Source: Spirochaetia bacterium UBA6919 (GTDB lineage: Bacteria > Spirochaetota > UBA6919). Taken from it: a DNA stretch of 64,000 nucleotides. Location: the NCBI GenBank assembly GCA_002450905.1, contig DKAT01000083.1:2061-66060 (forward strand), given 5' to 3'. Shown here piece after piece: positions 31,252 to 40,080 of this stretch (position 1 is the stretch's first letter; the number at the start of each line of letters is the position of its first letter). Under the pieces are notes generated by a model that was not told where the DNA came from, did no database searches, and worked only from the letters and a program-made list of their open reading frames with translations. A program made the translations under genes and the position numbers.

Positions 31252-33168
31252 TTATGTGTCACTTTCTACTTCATTTACAAGATTCTTATCTACTGATGTT
31301 TTGAAGCGATCACTCAGTACTTTGAGATATTCTACAAATTTCTCATTTAAATGAGAGAAATCAGAGAGGGATTCGACATTTCGAGCGATTGATTCTGTGT
31401 GTTTTATCTGTGATCTTAGAGATTCGGTTATATTAACAGCATATTCCCTGACTTCATTTACTGCGTGGAGGACAGTTTCTCCTTTTGACCTACTTTCTTC
31501 AGCGTGATCTTTAACTTTTAAAGTAACAATATTTAATTTTTCGATGGAATCAAGGATATCATTTGCTTCATCGATTAGATCTTTCATTCCTGCAGTGATA
31601 TCATTCATAAATTTAGCAGTAATTTCTGTGTCACTAAGGATTTTATTTAAAGCATCATAAGATTTATTAGATAGATCAGCACTTTTTTGGATTTTATTTA
31701 CAGTATTTCTTATGAGATTAATAATTTGTTTTGATGCATCACTGCTATTCTCAGCAAGTTTTCTTACTTCATCTGCTACAACGGCAAATCCTTTTCCATA
31801 TTCTCCTGCATGGGCGGCTTCTATTGCAGCATTCATAGCCAAGAGGTTTGTTTGCTCTGCAATACTACTGATCACATGAACAATATCTTCAATTTTTGAA
31901 GAATCGTCCTGGATTTCACGTATACTTAACAAAGTATTACTTACTGTTTCACCCCCGGATTGTGCAACTTTTAAAAGTTCTTTTGCTGAGTCGTCCACTC
32001 TTTCTGAATTATTAGCTATTTCTTTAAATTGTTTTACCATATATTTCATGGTATAGCTGGTGGAAGTGATAGTCACAGTTTCTTTATCAATATCATCGGC
32101 AACAGTTTTCATAATATCAACCATCTCGGTAATCATTTCAATGGTTTTTAGGACGTTTGATTTCTGGGCATCCGCGTTGACATTGATTTCAGAGACTTTT
32201 TTCATGATATCATTAATATCTTTTGAACTGGTTCCTGTGAAGTCAACGATTCCTTTACTGGATTCCTGGACGTGGTTGATACTATCTTTGAGTTCAATTA
32301 CAAGGTTTCTAATTTTAGCTACAAAGAGATTGAAGGAAATACTTAGCATTCCCATTGTGTCCTTTGAGTGAACAGGGATTTCAATAGAAAGATCTCCCTC
32401 TCCTTCAGTGATATCTTTTAGAATGTTATTAAATTTTCCAATACTTTTACGGACATATGCTAGTAAGACAAGAATGCTGACAATTGTAATGATACCTAAA
32501 ATTATAATTGATAGTAATAAAATAAGATGTAATAACTCAATGGTTTGATAGAACTGATTTCTAACCTCAGTGAAGTAGGTTTTGATTTCACTAGAAGTTG
32601 CCATGATTTCCTGACGAATTGTTGTTGATTGGACTTTAAATTGGTCAACTGATTTTTTGGAATAATTATTTTTTCGAGCTAGATCAGCTTTATCGATGAT
32701 ACTATTTACTTTGGATGTTTCTAATTGAATTAATGATTTGATTTTATTTATTTTAATTTGAAAATTATATTGTGAAACTAGGATTTGAAATATTCCAATA
32801 CTGGAGATATTTGTATCAAATTGATTTATTTTATTATTTATTATATCCAAGATTTTTTTTATTTCTTTAGCTGTTGGTATAATACCTGAGGGTTCAACGC
32901 CTTGTTGTCCTTTTGAGCTTACTGCACCCATATCAAAATATTCAAAATCCAAGTGGGATACCTGGGCTATACGAATTTGCAAACCAAGCACCCTGACAAT
33001 ATGCTCTCTTTCAAGATCCAGAATCTTATTGACCTGGATAATTAAATCGTCAGCCTCTTTTAAGCTGTAAAATCCAATGATGCTTAGAGAGGATAACATA
33101 ATTACCATTGTGACAATAATTCTAAATTTGGCTCGCAATGAAAGTATTTTTAATAACTTCTGCCACAA
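31252..33168 (-). CDS. Methyl-accepting chemotaxis protein (two TM helices, periplasmic sensor about 170 aa, HAMP, MCP domain)
   Basis: [35 protein letters not shown] is the MCP highly conserved domain. TM1 [19 protein letters not shown]2 [23 protein letters not shown]. Confidence 0.85.
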   Translation of the reverse strand: MWQKLLKILSLRAKFRIIVTMVIMLSSLSIIGFYSLKEADDLIIQVNKILDLEREHIVRVLGLQIRIAQVSHLDFEYFDMGAVSSKGQQGVEPSGIIPTAKEIKKILDIINNKINQFDTNISSIGIFQILVSQYNFQIKINKIKSLIQLETSKVNSIIDKADLARKNNYSKKSVDQFKVQSTTIRQEIMATSSEIKTYFTEVRNQFYQTIELLHLILLLSIIILGIITIVSILVLLAYVRKSIGKFNNILKDITEGEGDLSIEIPVHSKDTMGMLSISFNLFVAKIRNLVIELKDSINHVQESSKGIVDFTGTSSKDINDIMKKVSEINVNADAQKSNVLKTIEMITEMVDIMKTVADDIDKETVTITSTSYTMKYMVKQFKEIANNSERVDDSAKELLKVAQSGGETVSNTLLSIREIQDDSSKIEDIVHVISSIAEQTNLLAMNAAIEAAHAGEYGKGFAVVADEVRKLAENSSDASKQIINLIRNTVNKIQKSADLSNKSYDALNKILSDTEITAKFMNDITAGMKDLIDEANDILDSIEKLNIVTLKVKDHAEESRSKGETVLHAVNEVREYAVNITESLRSQIKHTESIARNVESLSDFSHLNEKFVEYLKVLSDRFKTSVDKNLVNEVESDT

Positions 33169-33495
33169 ATTATACCCCCGTGGTGTGTTTATAACATATT
33201 AGAAATATATAAATGACTTAAACATATGTAAATTATTTCACATTGTAATATTTTTGTATTATTTAAGTAAAATATAATTATAATTGTCGGTAAATGAAAA
33301 TCAAAATAGACAAAATAATTCATTGACAAAATTAAGTTTTTTTAATATTTTGCCATGTCAGGTAATAAAATACTTGCTCAATGTATTTAGACAAAATTTT
33401 ATTATTTCGACAAGAAAATTGTATTTGAAACTGCTAATTTGTAAATAATTATTGGGATGTTCAAAAATTAAAAAATAGCAATAAATAATATCATT

Positions 33496-35238
33496 ATGGT
33501 ATATAAATCTATGATAGATAATTTTAAAAATCAGATTACAAAACAATTAAAAGAATTAATACCTCTTTCAGAAGAAGAGATTTCTAATCTGCTGGAAGTT
33601 CCACCCAAACAGGACATGGGGGATTATGCCTTTCCCTGTTTTACACTGGCAAAAGTATTAAGGAAAGCTCCACCTAAAATTGCAGAGGATTTAGTTAATC
33701 AGCTTGTTTTGGAGCCTTATTTTAGTGAAATCAAGGTAGTGGGACCTTATATTAACTTTTATTATAATAAAATATTATACATCCAAAGTGTTTTAAAATC
33801 TATTATAGATTGGGATCAGTCGAAGATATCATCCATTGGTGATGGAAAGACGATTGTGATTGATTTTTCTTCACCAAATATTGCAAAACCATTTTCCATA
33901 GCACATTTGAGATCAACGTCTATTGGGAATTCTTTATCACTGATCTATAAATACATGGGTTATCATGTTGTGAAAATAAATCACCTGGGGGACTGGGGAA
34001 CTTCATTTGGTAAATTGATCGTTGCATACAAATTGTGGGGTAAGCCTGAAGAATTGGAGAGTAATCCAATTAAGAAGCTTCTGGAGCTTTATATTCGCTT
34101 TCACAAAGAATTGGACGATAAGCCTGAATTGGATGATAACGCCAAGATGTGGTTTAAAAAACTGGAGGACAAGGATGATGAAGCAACACGATTATGGAGT
34201 TGGTTTAAAGATCTTAGTTTAAAAGAATTCAACAGGATGTATGATATATTAGGTGTTGATTTTGATAAATATTGGGGAGAGAGTTTTTATCAGGACAAAA
34301 TCGAGGGGGTTTTGGATTTATTAAACCAGAAGAGACTAGTTAATGAAAGTCAGGGTGCCACGATAGTTGATCTTGGAGAATATGAAATGCCCCCTGTTTT
34401 ATTAAAAAAACAAGATGGAGCCACACTCTATGCTACAAGAGATTTGGCAGCAGCATTATTTCGCTGGGATCAGTTTCAATTTGATGAGATGATCTATGTT
34501 GTGGGTGGAGAGCAAGAATTACATTTTAAACAGGTATTTAAGGTCCTTGAATTAATGGATTTTCAATGGGTATCTCGTTGTCATCATGTTCCATTTGGAT
34601 TAATACAATTTAAAGATGGGAAAATGTCAACTCGCGAAGGGAAAATAATTTTTTTAGAGGATGTTATAGAGAAAGCAAAATCTCTTGCTCTACAGAAAAT
34701 TGAAGAAACTCTAATGGAGAAGGGAGAATCAGGGCAATTAAGTAATGAAGAGAAGAATCAGAGGGCACTGATCGTTGGGATAAGTTCTGTTATATTTTCT
34801 GATTTAAAAAATCATCGGCAACGAGATATTCTTTTTGACTGGGATGAAATGCTGAACCCCAAAGGAGAGACAGGGATATATTTACAGTATGCCCATGCAA
34901 GATTATCAGGGATATTGAGGAATTTTTCAAGGCGTATAGGTGATATTAAGACAGATGATATTCAGATAAGCGAGGCAGCATCGTTTGATATTGCAAAAGA
35001 ATTATCGTTATTTCAGGAAAGAATTATTCACGCTGGAAATATTAAAGAGCCCTCAGTGATTGCTAAATATCTTCTTGATCTTGGGCAGTCTTTCAGTACA
35101 TATTATAGAGCCAATCAGGTGATTAATGAACAAAATATCCCTTTAAGCTATGAAAGATTATTAACTGTTTTGGCTGTTAAAAAAATATTATCAGATGGTT
35201 TAAAACTTTTGGGTATACAACCTCTTGATGAAATGTAA
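33496..35238 (+). CDS. argS: Arginine--tRNA ligase
   Basis: N-terminal add-1 domain, class-I HIGH-region equivalent SSPNIAKPFSIAHLRSTSIG, C-terminal DALR anticodon-binding region, 580 aa. Confidence 0.9.
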   Translation: MVYKSMIDNFKNQITKQLKELIPLSEEEISNLLEVPPKQDMGDYAFPCFTLAKVLRKAPPKIAEDLVNQLVLEPYFSEIKVVGPYINFYYNKILYIQSVLKSIIDWDQSKISSIGDGKTIVIDFSSPNIAKPFSIAHLRSTSIGNSLSLIYKYMGYHVVKINHLGDWGTSFGKLIVAYKLWGKPEELESNPIKKLLELYIRFHKELDDKPELDDNAKMWFKKLEDKDDEATRLWSWFKDLSLKEFNRMYDILGVDFDKYWGESFYQDKIEGVLDLLNQKRLVNESQGATIVDLGEYEMPPVLLKKQDGATLYATRDLAAALFRWDQFQFDEMIYVVGGEQELHFKQVFKVLELMDFQWVSRCHHVPFGLIQFKDGKMSTREGKIIFLEDVIEKAKSLALQKIEETLMEKGESGQLSNEEKNQRALIVGISSVIFSDLKNHRQRDILFDWDEMLNPKGETGIYLQYAHARLSGILRNFSRRIGDIKTDDIQISEAASFDIAKELSLFQERIIHAGNIKEPSVIAKYLLDLGQSFSTYYRANQVINEQNIPLSYERLLTVLAVKKILSDGLKLLGIQPLDEM

Positions 35239-35256
35239 TTCTTTATAAATCACATA

Positions 35257-36375
35257 CTAATTCTTAGCCTGCAGGTGGATTGAAAAGAGATTCATTGTTC
35301 TATCGTAGGAAAATCGTCCCCCTAATAGTAGAATATACTTTTTTACAAGTTCCAGTTGGAAATTAAGGATTTTTGCTGAAGAATAATTCTCGATTCCGGT
35401 TTGAAACATATCAAAAATATGACTGTAATCCTTTGATGTGTCCGTTGGTAAGTTAAAATGGATATGAAATATAACTTTTGAATGATCTTTCGGGTATTTG
35501 TAATCGATTTTAATTTGAGTTTGCTCCGGAAATTCATCCAGAATGAATTTAAATATACTTTTAAAAATAAATTTAATCTTTTCATTGTCAGTTAAGATTT
35601 TGTCATTATTAATAACATATTGTTTTATAATTTTAATTTTTTTGCTTTCAAACGATTTTTCAAAGGAGAAAATAATATTCTCAAGAAATAATGAAATGAT
35701 CATAGTCTCATATTGAATATCTTGTTTTCCTTTAACTACTTTTGTATACTCCAAAACATCATTGACAAATAACAGGAGCTGATTACCGCTTCTGGTTATA
35801 AAATCAGCGTATTGATGGATTTCACTTATTGACAGATTTTCCTGGGTGATATTTTTAAGGAGTTCTGAGAAACCAATAATGCTATTGAGTGGGGTTCTGA
35901 ATTCGTGACTCATCGTCGATAATATTTCCATATCGATATATTGATTTTCTTCCAATCGTTTCATCTGATCATTTATACTTTTTTCATATTGTATAATAGA
36001 TTTATGATTGTAGATCATTTTTTTTACGAATGATATCAATTGAGTTTTGTTGATTGGTTTGAAAATTATATCGACATAACAAAAGTTGCAGAGCTCATTT
36101 ATTTTATAATTTATATTATCATTATCATGTGAGATCAGAAGGAGAGGAATGTTAGGCTCAGAAGCATTAATATTTAACTGGTTACAGACTTCGCAGGGGT
36201 TTAATGATTGGTTCTCAGTTCTATCATCTATAATTAAATCAATTTTATTTTTATTTATTATATCAGGAATCTTATCGTAATTTGAAAAAAAAGAAGTCTC
36301 GTAATTCTCATTCTGTGATTTGAGGATGTCTTCAAGTTCTTTCAATTGATGATTTAATAAAATATTGTGAGCCAT
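35257..36375 (-). CDS. Receiver-domain + HisKA histidine-kinase-like protein with degenerate ATPase domain
   Basis: N-terminal REC-like (IDLIIDD ... IFKPINK). H-box MSHEFRTPLNSIIGFSELLK. The C-terminal region lacks clear N/G1/G2 boxes. Confidence 0.55.
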   Translation of the reverse strand: MAHNILLNHQLKELEDILKSQNENYETSFFSNYDKIPDIINKNKIDLIIDDRTENQSLNPCEVCNQLNINASEPNIPLLLISHDNDNINYKINELCNFCYVDIIFKPINKTQLISFVKKMIYNHKSIIQYEKSINDQMKRLEENQYIDMEILSTMSHEFRTPLNSIIGFSELLKNITQENLSISEIHQYADFITRSGNQLLLFVNDVLEYTKVVKGKQDIQYETMIISLFLENIIFSFEKSFESKKIKIIKQYVINNDKILTDNEKIKFIFKSIFKFILDEFPEQTQIKIDYKYPKDHSKVIFHIHFNLPTDTSKDYSHIFDMFQTGIENYSSAKILNFQLELVKKYILLLGGRFSYDRTMNLFSIHLQAKN

Positions 36376-36533
36376 TCCTTATTCCATTCATTAAAACACT
36401 TATCTGATTACTTTGATTTCAAAAATATTTTATTATTATGGGATCGACAAGTAATACTATCAAAATAAATAGATTGTATTAATTATTTTATAAAAATATT
36501 TCAACTTTCTTTAAAATAAATTAAATTCATAGT

Positions 36534-37304
36534 ATGGTTCAAAACATATTACAAGAAATTATCCAAAATAAACGTCTGGAAGTTGAATATAAGAAAAAAC
36601 ATTTCCCCCTTAAGGATTTAGAATATAATTTAGATCCAATTCCATTTTTAACAAATCATACCAAGGGAAATCTCTTTCTAATAGCTGAAGTTAAAAAGGC
36701 TTCCCCTTCTAAAGGTATTATCAGAGAGGATTTTAATCCAACTGAAATTGCGAAAATATATGAAGAATCCGGTGCAGGGGCTATATCCGTATTAACTGAT
36801 GAAAAATACTTTCAAGGGCATTTAGATTATCTGAAAGCCATCCGAAAAGTAGTTCAGTTACCAGTTTTGAGAAAAGATTTTATTATCGATCCTTATCAAA
36901 TCATGGAAGGGCTCATCGCAGGCGCCAGTGCAGTATTACTTATAGTTGCCGTTTTAAGTCCAAGTCAATTAAAGGAGTACATCCATTATTCTTATGAAAA
37001 CAAATTAACTCCCCTTGTTGAAATCCATGATGAAGAAGAATTAAAAATAGCTCTAGAATGTGGAGCCAATCTCATTGGTATCAATAATCGTAACTTAAAA
37101 ACATTTGCTACAGACATTCATCTTACAAAGAGACTTGTTCCGATGATTCCAACAGGGAAAATAATAATATCAGAAAGCGGTATCCATTCTAAAGAAGATA
37201 TGCAATATATTCAATCTATTGGTGCTGATGGAGTGCTTATTGGAGAAGCTTTTATGAAAGAAAAAGACATAGCGATGAAAGTGAGAGAACTTTTACAAAA
37301 ATAA
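36534..37304 (+). CDS. trpC: Indole-3-glycerol phosphate synthase
   Basis: IAEVKKASPSKGIIREDFNP...ISVLTDEKYFQG...LRKDFIIDPYQI, canonical IGPS motifs, 256 aa. No other trp genes nearby. Confidence 0.85.
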   Translation: MVQNILQEIIQNKRLEVEYKKKHFPLKDLEYNLDPIPFLTNHTKGNLFLIAEVKKASPSKGIIREDFNPTEIAKIYEESGAGAISVLTDEKYFQGHLDYLKAIRKVVQLPVLRKDFIIDPYQIMEGLIAGASAVLLIVAVLSPSQLKEYIHYSYENKLTPLVEIHDEEELKIALECGANLIGINNRNLKTFATDIHLTKRLVPMIPTGKIIISESGIHSKEDMQYIQSIGADGVLIGEAFMKEKDIAMKVRELLQK

Positions 37305-37393
37305 ATTAAAGGTTTGCTTGACATTTTTAAAATATGTGCTACCATTAAATGTCTTCACTTTATAAAATATTATTTTTTGAAGAGGAGAACATT

Positions 37394-37567
37394 ATGTCAG
37401 AAGATAAAGAAATCTTATTATCTTTCCTTGCTGGAAGCCTACTGGGGGCAGGTATAGCCCTTTTGTTCGCACCTCAATCAGGGGATAAGACACGGAAAAA
37501 CATTAAAAAATTATCTCAAAACATGAAAGATCGTGTAAATCTAACCCATTTTGTTAATGATATATAA
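37394..37567 (+). CDS. YtxH-like (DUF948-associated) small membrane-anchored stress protein, paralog 1
   Basis: LSFLAGSLLGAGIALLFAPQSGDKTRKNI matches the YtxH L.G..GA..ALLFAP.SG..TR motif. I prefer the ATG at 37394 (GAGGAG RBS) over the ORF-track start at 37349. Confidence 0.5.
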   Translation: MSEDKEILLSFLAGSLLGAGIALLFAPQSGDKTRKNIKKLSQNMKDRVNLTHFVNDI

Positions 37568-37862
37568 GGAGTTTGTCATGAGTCGAGAGAGCGGAAGTAA
37601 TTTATTAGCATTTTTAGTTGGAGGATTAATGGGAGCTGGTTTAGCCCTATTATTTGCTCCAAGATCAGGGCGGGAGACCAGGGAACAGATAAGAGAATAT
37701 GCAAAAGATCTTGAGTCCAAGGTAAAGGATCAGGTGGAGGATGTTAAAAAATATACATCTGAAGAAATTGATAAATTGAAAGATCGGGCAAAATCAGCTG
37801 TTGAACATGGCAAAAAGGCTTTTAAAGAAGAATTACACAAGTCTCAGAACGACGAAGCCTGA
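37551..37862 (+). CDS. YtxH-like small membrane-anchored stress protein, paralog 2
   Basis: LLAFLVGGLMGAGLALLFAPRSGRETREQIREYAKD followed by a charged coiled-coil tail. GGAG RBS. Confidence 0.55.
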   Translation: MLMIYKEFVMSRESGSNLLAFLVGGLMGAGLALLFAPRSGRETREQIREYAKDLESKVKDQVEDVKKYTSEEIDKLKDRAKSAVEHGKKAFKEELHKSQNDEA

Positions 37863-37878
37863 ATATTTTTAATTCAAT

Positions 37879-38226
37879 ATGACTATCATAGAAATCTGCT
37901 TAATCCTAATTACGATTATTCTGGTGGTTCGCAGCCTTATTGAGTTGGTTATTATTCTTGTTACGACAAAAAAAGCTTTTCAGATCATCAATAAGTCAAA
38001 AGAAGCCGTTAATAATCTCAAGGAAGTATCCCAACTCGTCCGAAATGAAACAAAAAATATTACCGAGATGGTCAATAAAACATCTCATGATTTTCAAGAT
38101 AAAATCGATACTTTTAAGGGTGTTATAGATAAAATAATAAAAAATCTTTCACTATTAAATTCTGTTTTAGTGGGCGTCATCTCAACAATAAACTTCTTTT
38201 CTAAACCCGATGATCATAAAAAATGA
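37879..38226 (+). CDS. DUF948-like membrane protein (N-terminal TM + coiled coil)
   Basis: TM IEICLILITIILVVRSLIELVIIL, then a coiled-coil-like region. Follows the two YtxH-like genes. Confidence 0.4.
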   Translation: MTIIEICLILITIILVVRSLIELVIILVTTKKAFQIINKSKEAVNNLKEVSQLVRNETKNITEMVNKTSHDFQDKIDTFKGVIDKIIKNLSLLNSVLVGVISTINFFSKPDDHKK

Positions 38227-38310
38227 TTAATCAATGAATGTAATTGTATGAGAAATTGTTCAATTCATTAAAAATTAAAAATATCGAATGATTCAATCTA
38301 TAAAAAATAT

Positions 38311-39855
38311 ATGCGTTTTGAAAAATCAAATCTAATCGATGATATTTTTTTATGTCAATTTTCACAAACCACAGAAATTCGTAATACTTTAAAATATATA
38401 TATGCCTCTTTAACTACTCCACAAGAATTATCCAATATCCTTCCAAAATATATTTCCCCCGTTTATATCTATAAAGACATACCATTTTATATTTTATTTG
38501 ATGAAAAAGATTTCCAAAACCAATCAGTCATTATCAATGATCTTATAAAAAATATCTCCACTCACGTAAAAGATTTTATAGAAGTGTCATCGTTAAAAAA
38601 ATGTCATCCTAAAATGGGTGAATCCAAAAAAGTTTCAGAAATAAATAATCTATTTCCATCTCAAAATATAATTTATCATTGCGAGGCATACTATAAAATT
38701 GATTCATGTGAAGCTTACCTATCCATAATTATCCCTAAAAATACCCTGGACATACTAATCCGTTTAATACTCCATAAAAATACATCTTCTGTAAATGATT
38801 TTAAAGATTTTTATCATATTTTATCCCATCTGAGAACTGATTTTTATCGAAAGAACCTCCAATTCCCTTTTAACGTAATAGATTTTTTGAATATTCTTCC
38901 TGATTCTGATCTACAACGGGTTCTTGGAATCATGTTGAGTAATAATCTCATGAGTTACGATATGTTATGGGCACTTGGGACTAAGATGGATAATGGCATT
39001 GAACGGATATCCAATAACTTATCCCGAAATCAACAGGAAGAATTTCAGGAAGCCATAAAAAAAAATAATCAAAATCCGGATTATCGTTGGGTTGAAATTG
39101 CTATTTATCAAATAGGTTTAAGTTTGGATGAACAAATTAAGGAAAAAAGAATTGATTCCCCCCATATCCTACGCCTGAAATCAATAATTCACGATATATA
39201 CTTAAAAGAATTAAAATACTTTTTCCTTATAAATCCTTTTGAACAATGGATTGAGAAAGCAATCGAAGAAGGTATTATCCAAAATGTTTTGTCCCAGTGT
39301 AATGATTTAAATCTTGCTAAATCTTTTGTTAAAATAAGTCCTGATTCCATGTCCCTTGTTGTTAAAAATCTCTCAAAACGAAAATATCAGTTAATGATAG
39401 AAGATATTGAATACCAGAAAAAAAATATTTCTCCTGATGAAATTATATTAGCACAATATGAGTTCGTAAAAACATTTATTAATTTAAATTATAATAACTT
39501 ATCCCAGGATGAAAAGAAATTGGAATACTACTTACCAAGATTTAAAACAATAAATGATTTGGACTTTGTTGTAAATACTGTTGGACCTATAGAATTCTGC
39601 CTCGCTTCTCTCACACTGCCCATCCAATTAAAACAATTTCTTGTAAAAAACCTCAAACCCCCCATCAAATATTTTATCAGTTATTTTCTATTAAATAAAA
39701 TAAAACTAAATTTCCCATATGGTGAACATCGTATCGATAAGGCTGTTCAACACGTTATAAAAACAATTTACCAACTGGAACAGGAAAATAAAATATCTCT
39801 AAAAACTCCTGTAGAAAATGTTTCAGAAACAAATACAAGTAATTTTGTTCAGTAA
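38311..39855 (+). CDS. Hypothetical protein with two FliG-C/MgtE-N-like helical repeats
   Basis: DSDLQRVLGIMLSNNLMSYDMLWALGTKMDNG and LSKRKYQLMIEDIEY resemble the FliG/MgtE-N pattern L.d.dlq.vLre....dLa.AL.g......kil.nmSkR.a.ml.EdlE. 514 aa. Confidence 0.35.
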   Translation: MRFEKSNLIDDIFLCQFSQTTEIRNTLKYIYASLTTPQELSNILPKYISPVYIYKDIPFYILFDEKDFQNQSVIINDLIKNISTHVKDFIEVSSLKKCHPKMGESKKVSEINNLFPSQNIIYHCEAYYKIDSCEAYLSIIIPKNTLDILIRLILHKNTSSVNDFKDFYHILSHLRTDFYRKNLQFPFNVIDFLNILPDSDLQRVLGIMLSNNLMSYDMLWALGTKMDNGIERISNNLSRNQQEEFQEAIKKNNQNPDYRWVEIAIYQIGLSLDEQIKEKRIDSPHILRLKSIIHDIYLKELKYFFLINPFEQWIEKAIEEGIIQNVLSQCNDLNLAKSFVKISPDSMSLVVKNLSKRKYQLMIEDIEYQKKNISPDEIILAQYEFVKTFINLNYNNLSQDEKKLEYYLPRFKTINDLDFVVNTVGPIEFCLASLTLPIQLKQFLVKNLKPPIKYFISYFLLNKIKLNFPYGEHRIDKAVQHVIKTIYQLEQENKISLKTPVENVSETNTSNFVQ

Positions 39856-40080
39856 AATAAATTAATACATCCTGCCCTTGACTTTCTATAATAAAATATT
39901 ATTCTTAATAAAGTGACTTCATCCGAAATGTAAGAAAATAAATAAATGGTTGTTGATTCCGGTTTATAGAAATCTACCTAAAATAAATTCAATTAGAGTA
40001 TATACATCTAAACATTTGATCATAATTAAGTTATCGAACAATTCAATACATCTATCACAATAAATTAAACTTATTTATTT

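Noticed and set aside
31113-35585. ORFs 31113..31304 (+), 32060..32371 (+), 33358..33546 (-), 34022..34222 (+), 35343..35585 (-)
   Set aside because: Embedded in the MCP, argS and histidine-kinase genes, or lying in the AT-rich divergent promoter region (33358..33546) with no RBS and an implausible product.
37940-38128. ORF 37940..38128 (+) inside the DUF948-like gene
   Set aside because: Alternate frame of a supported gene.
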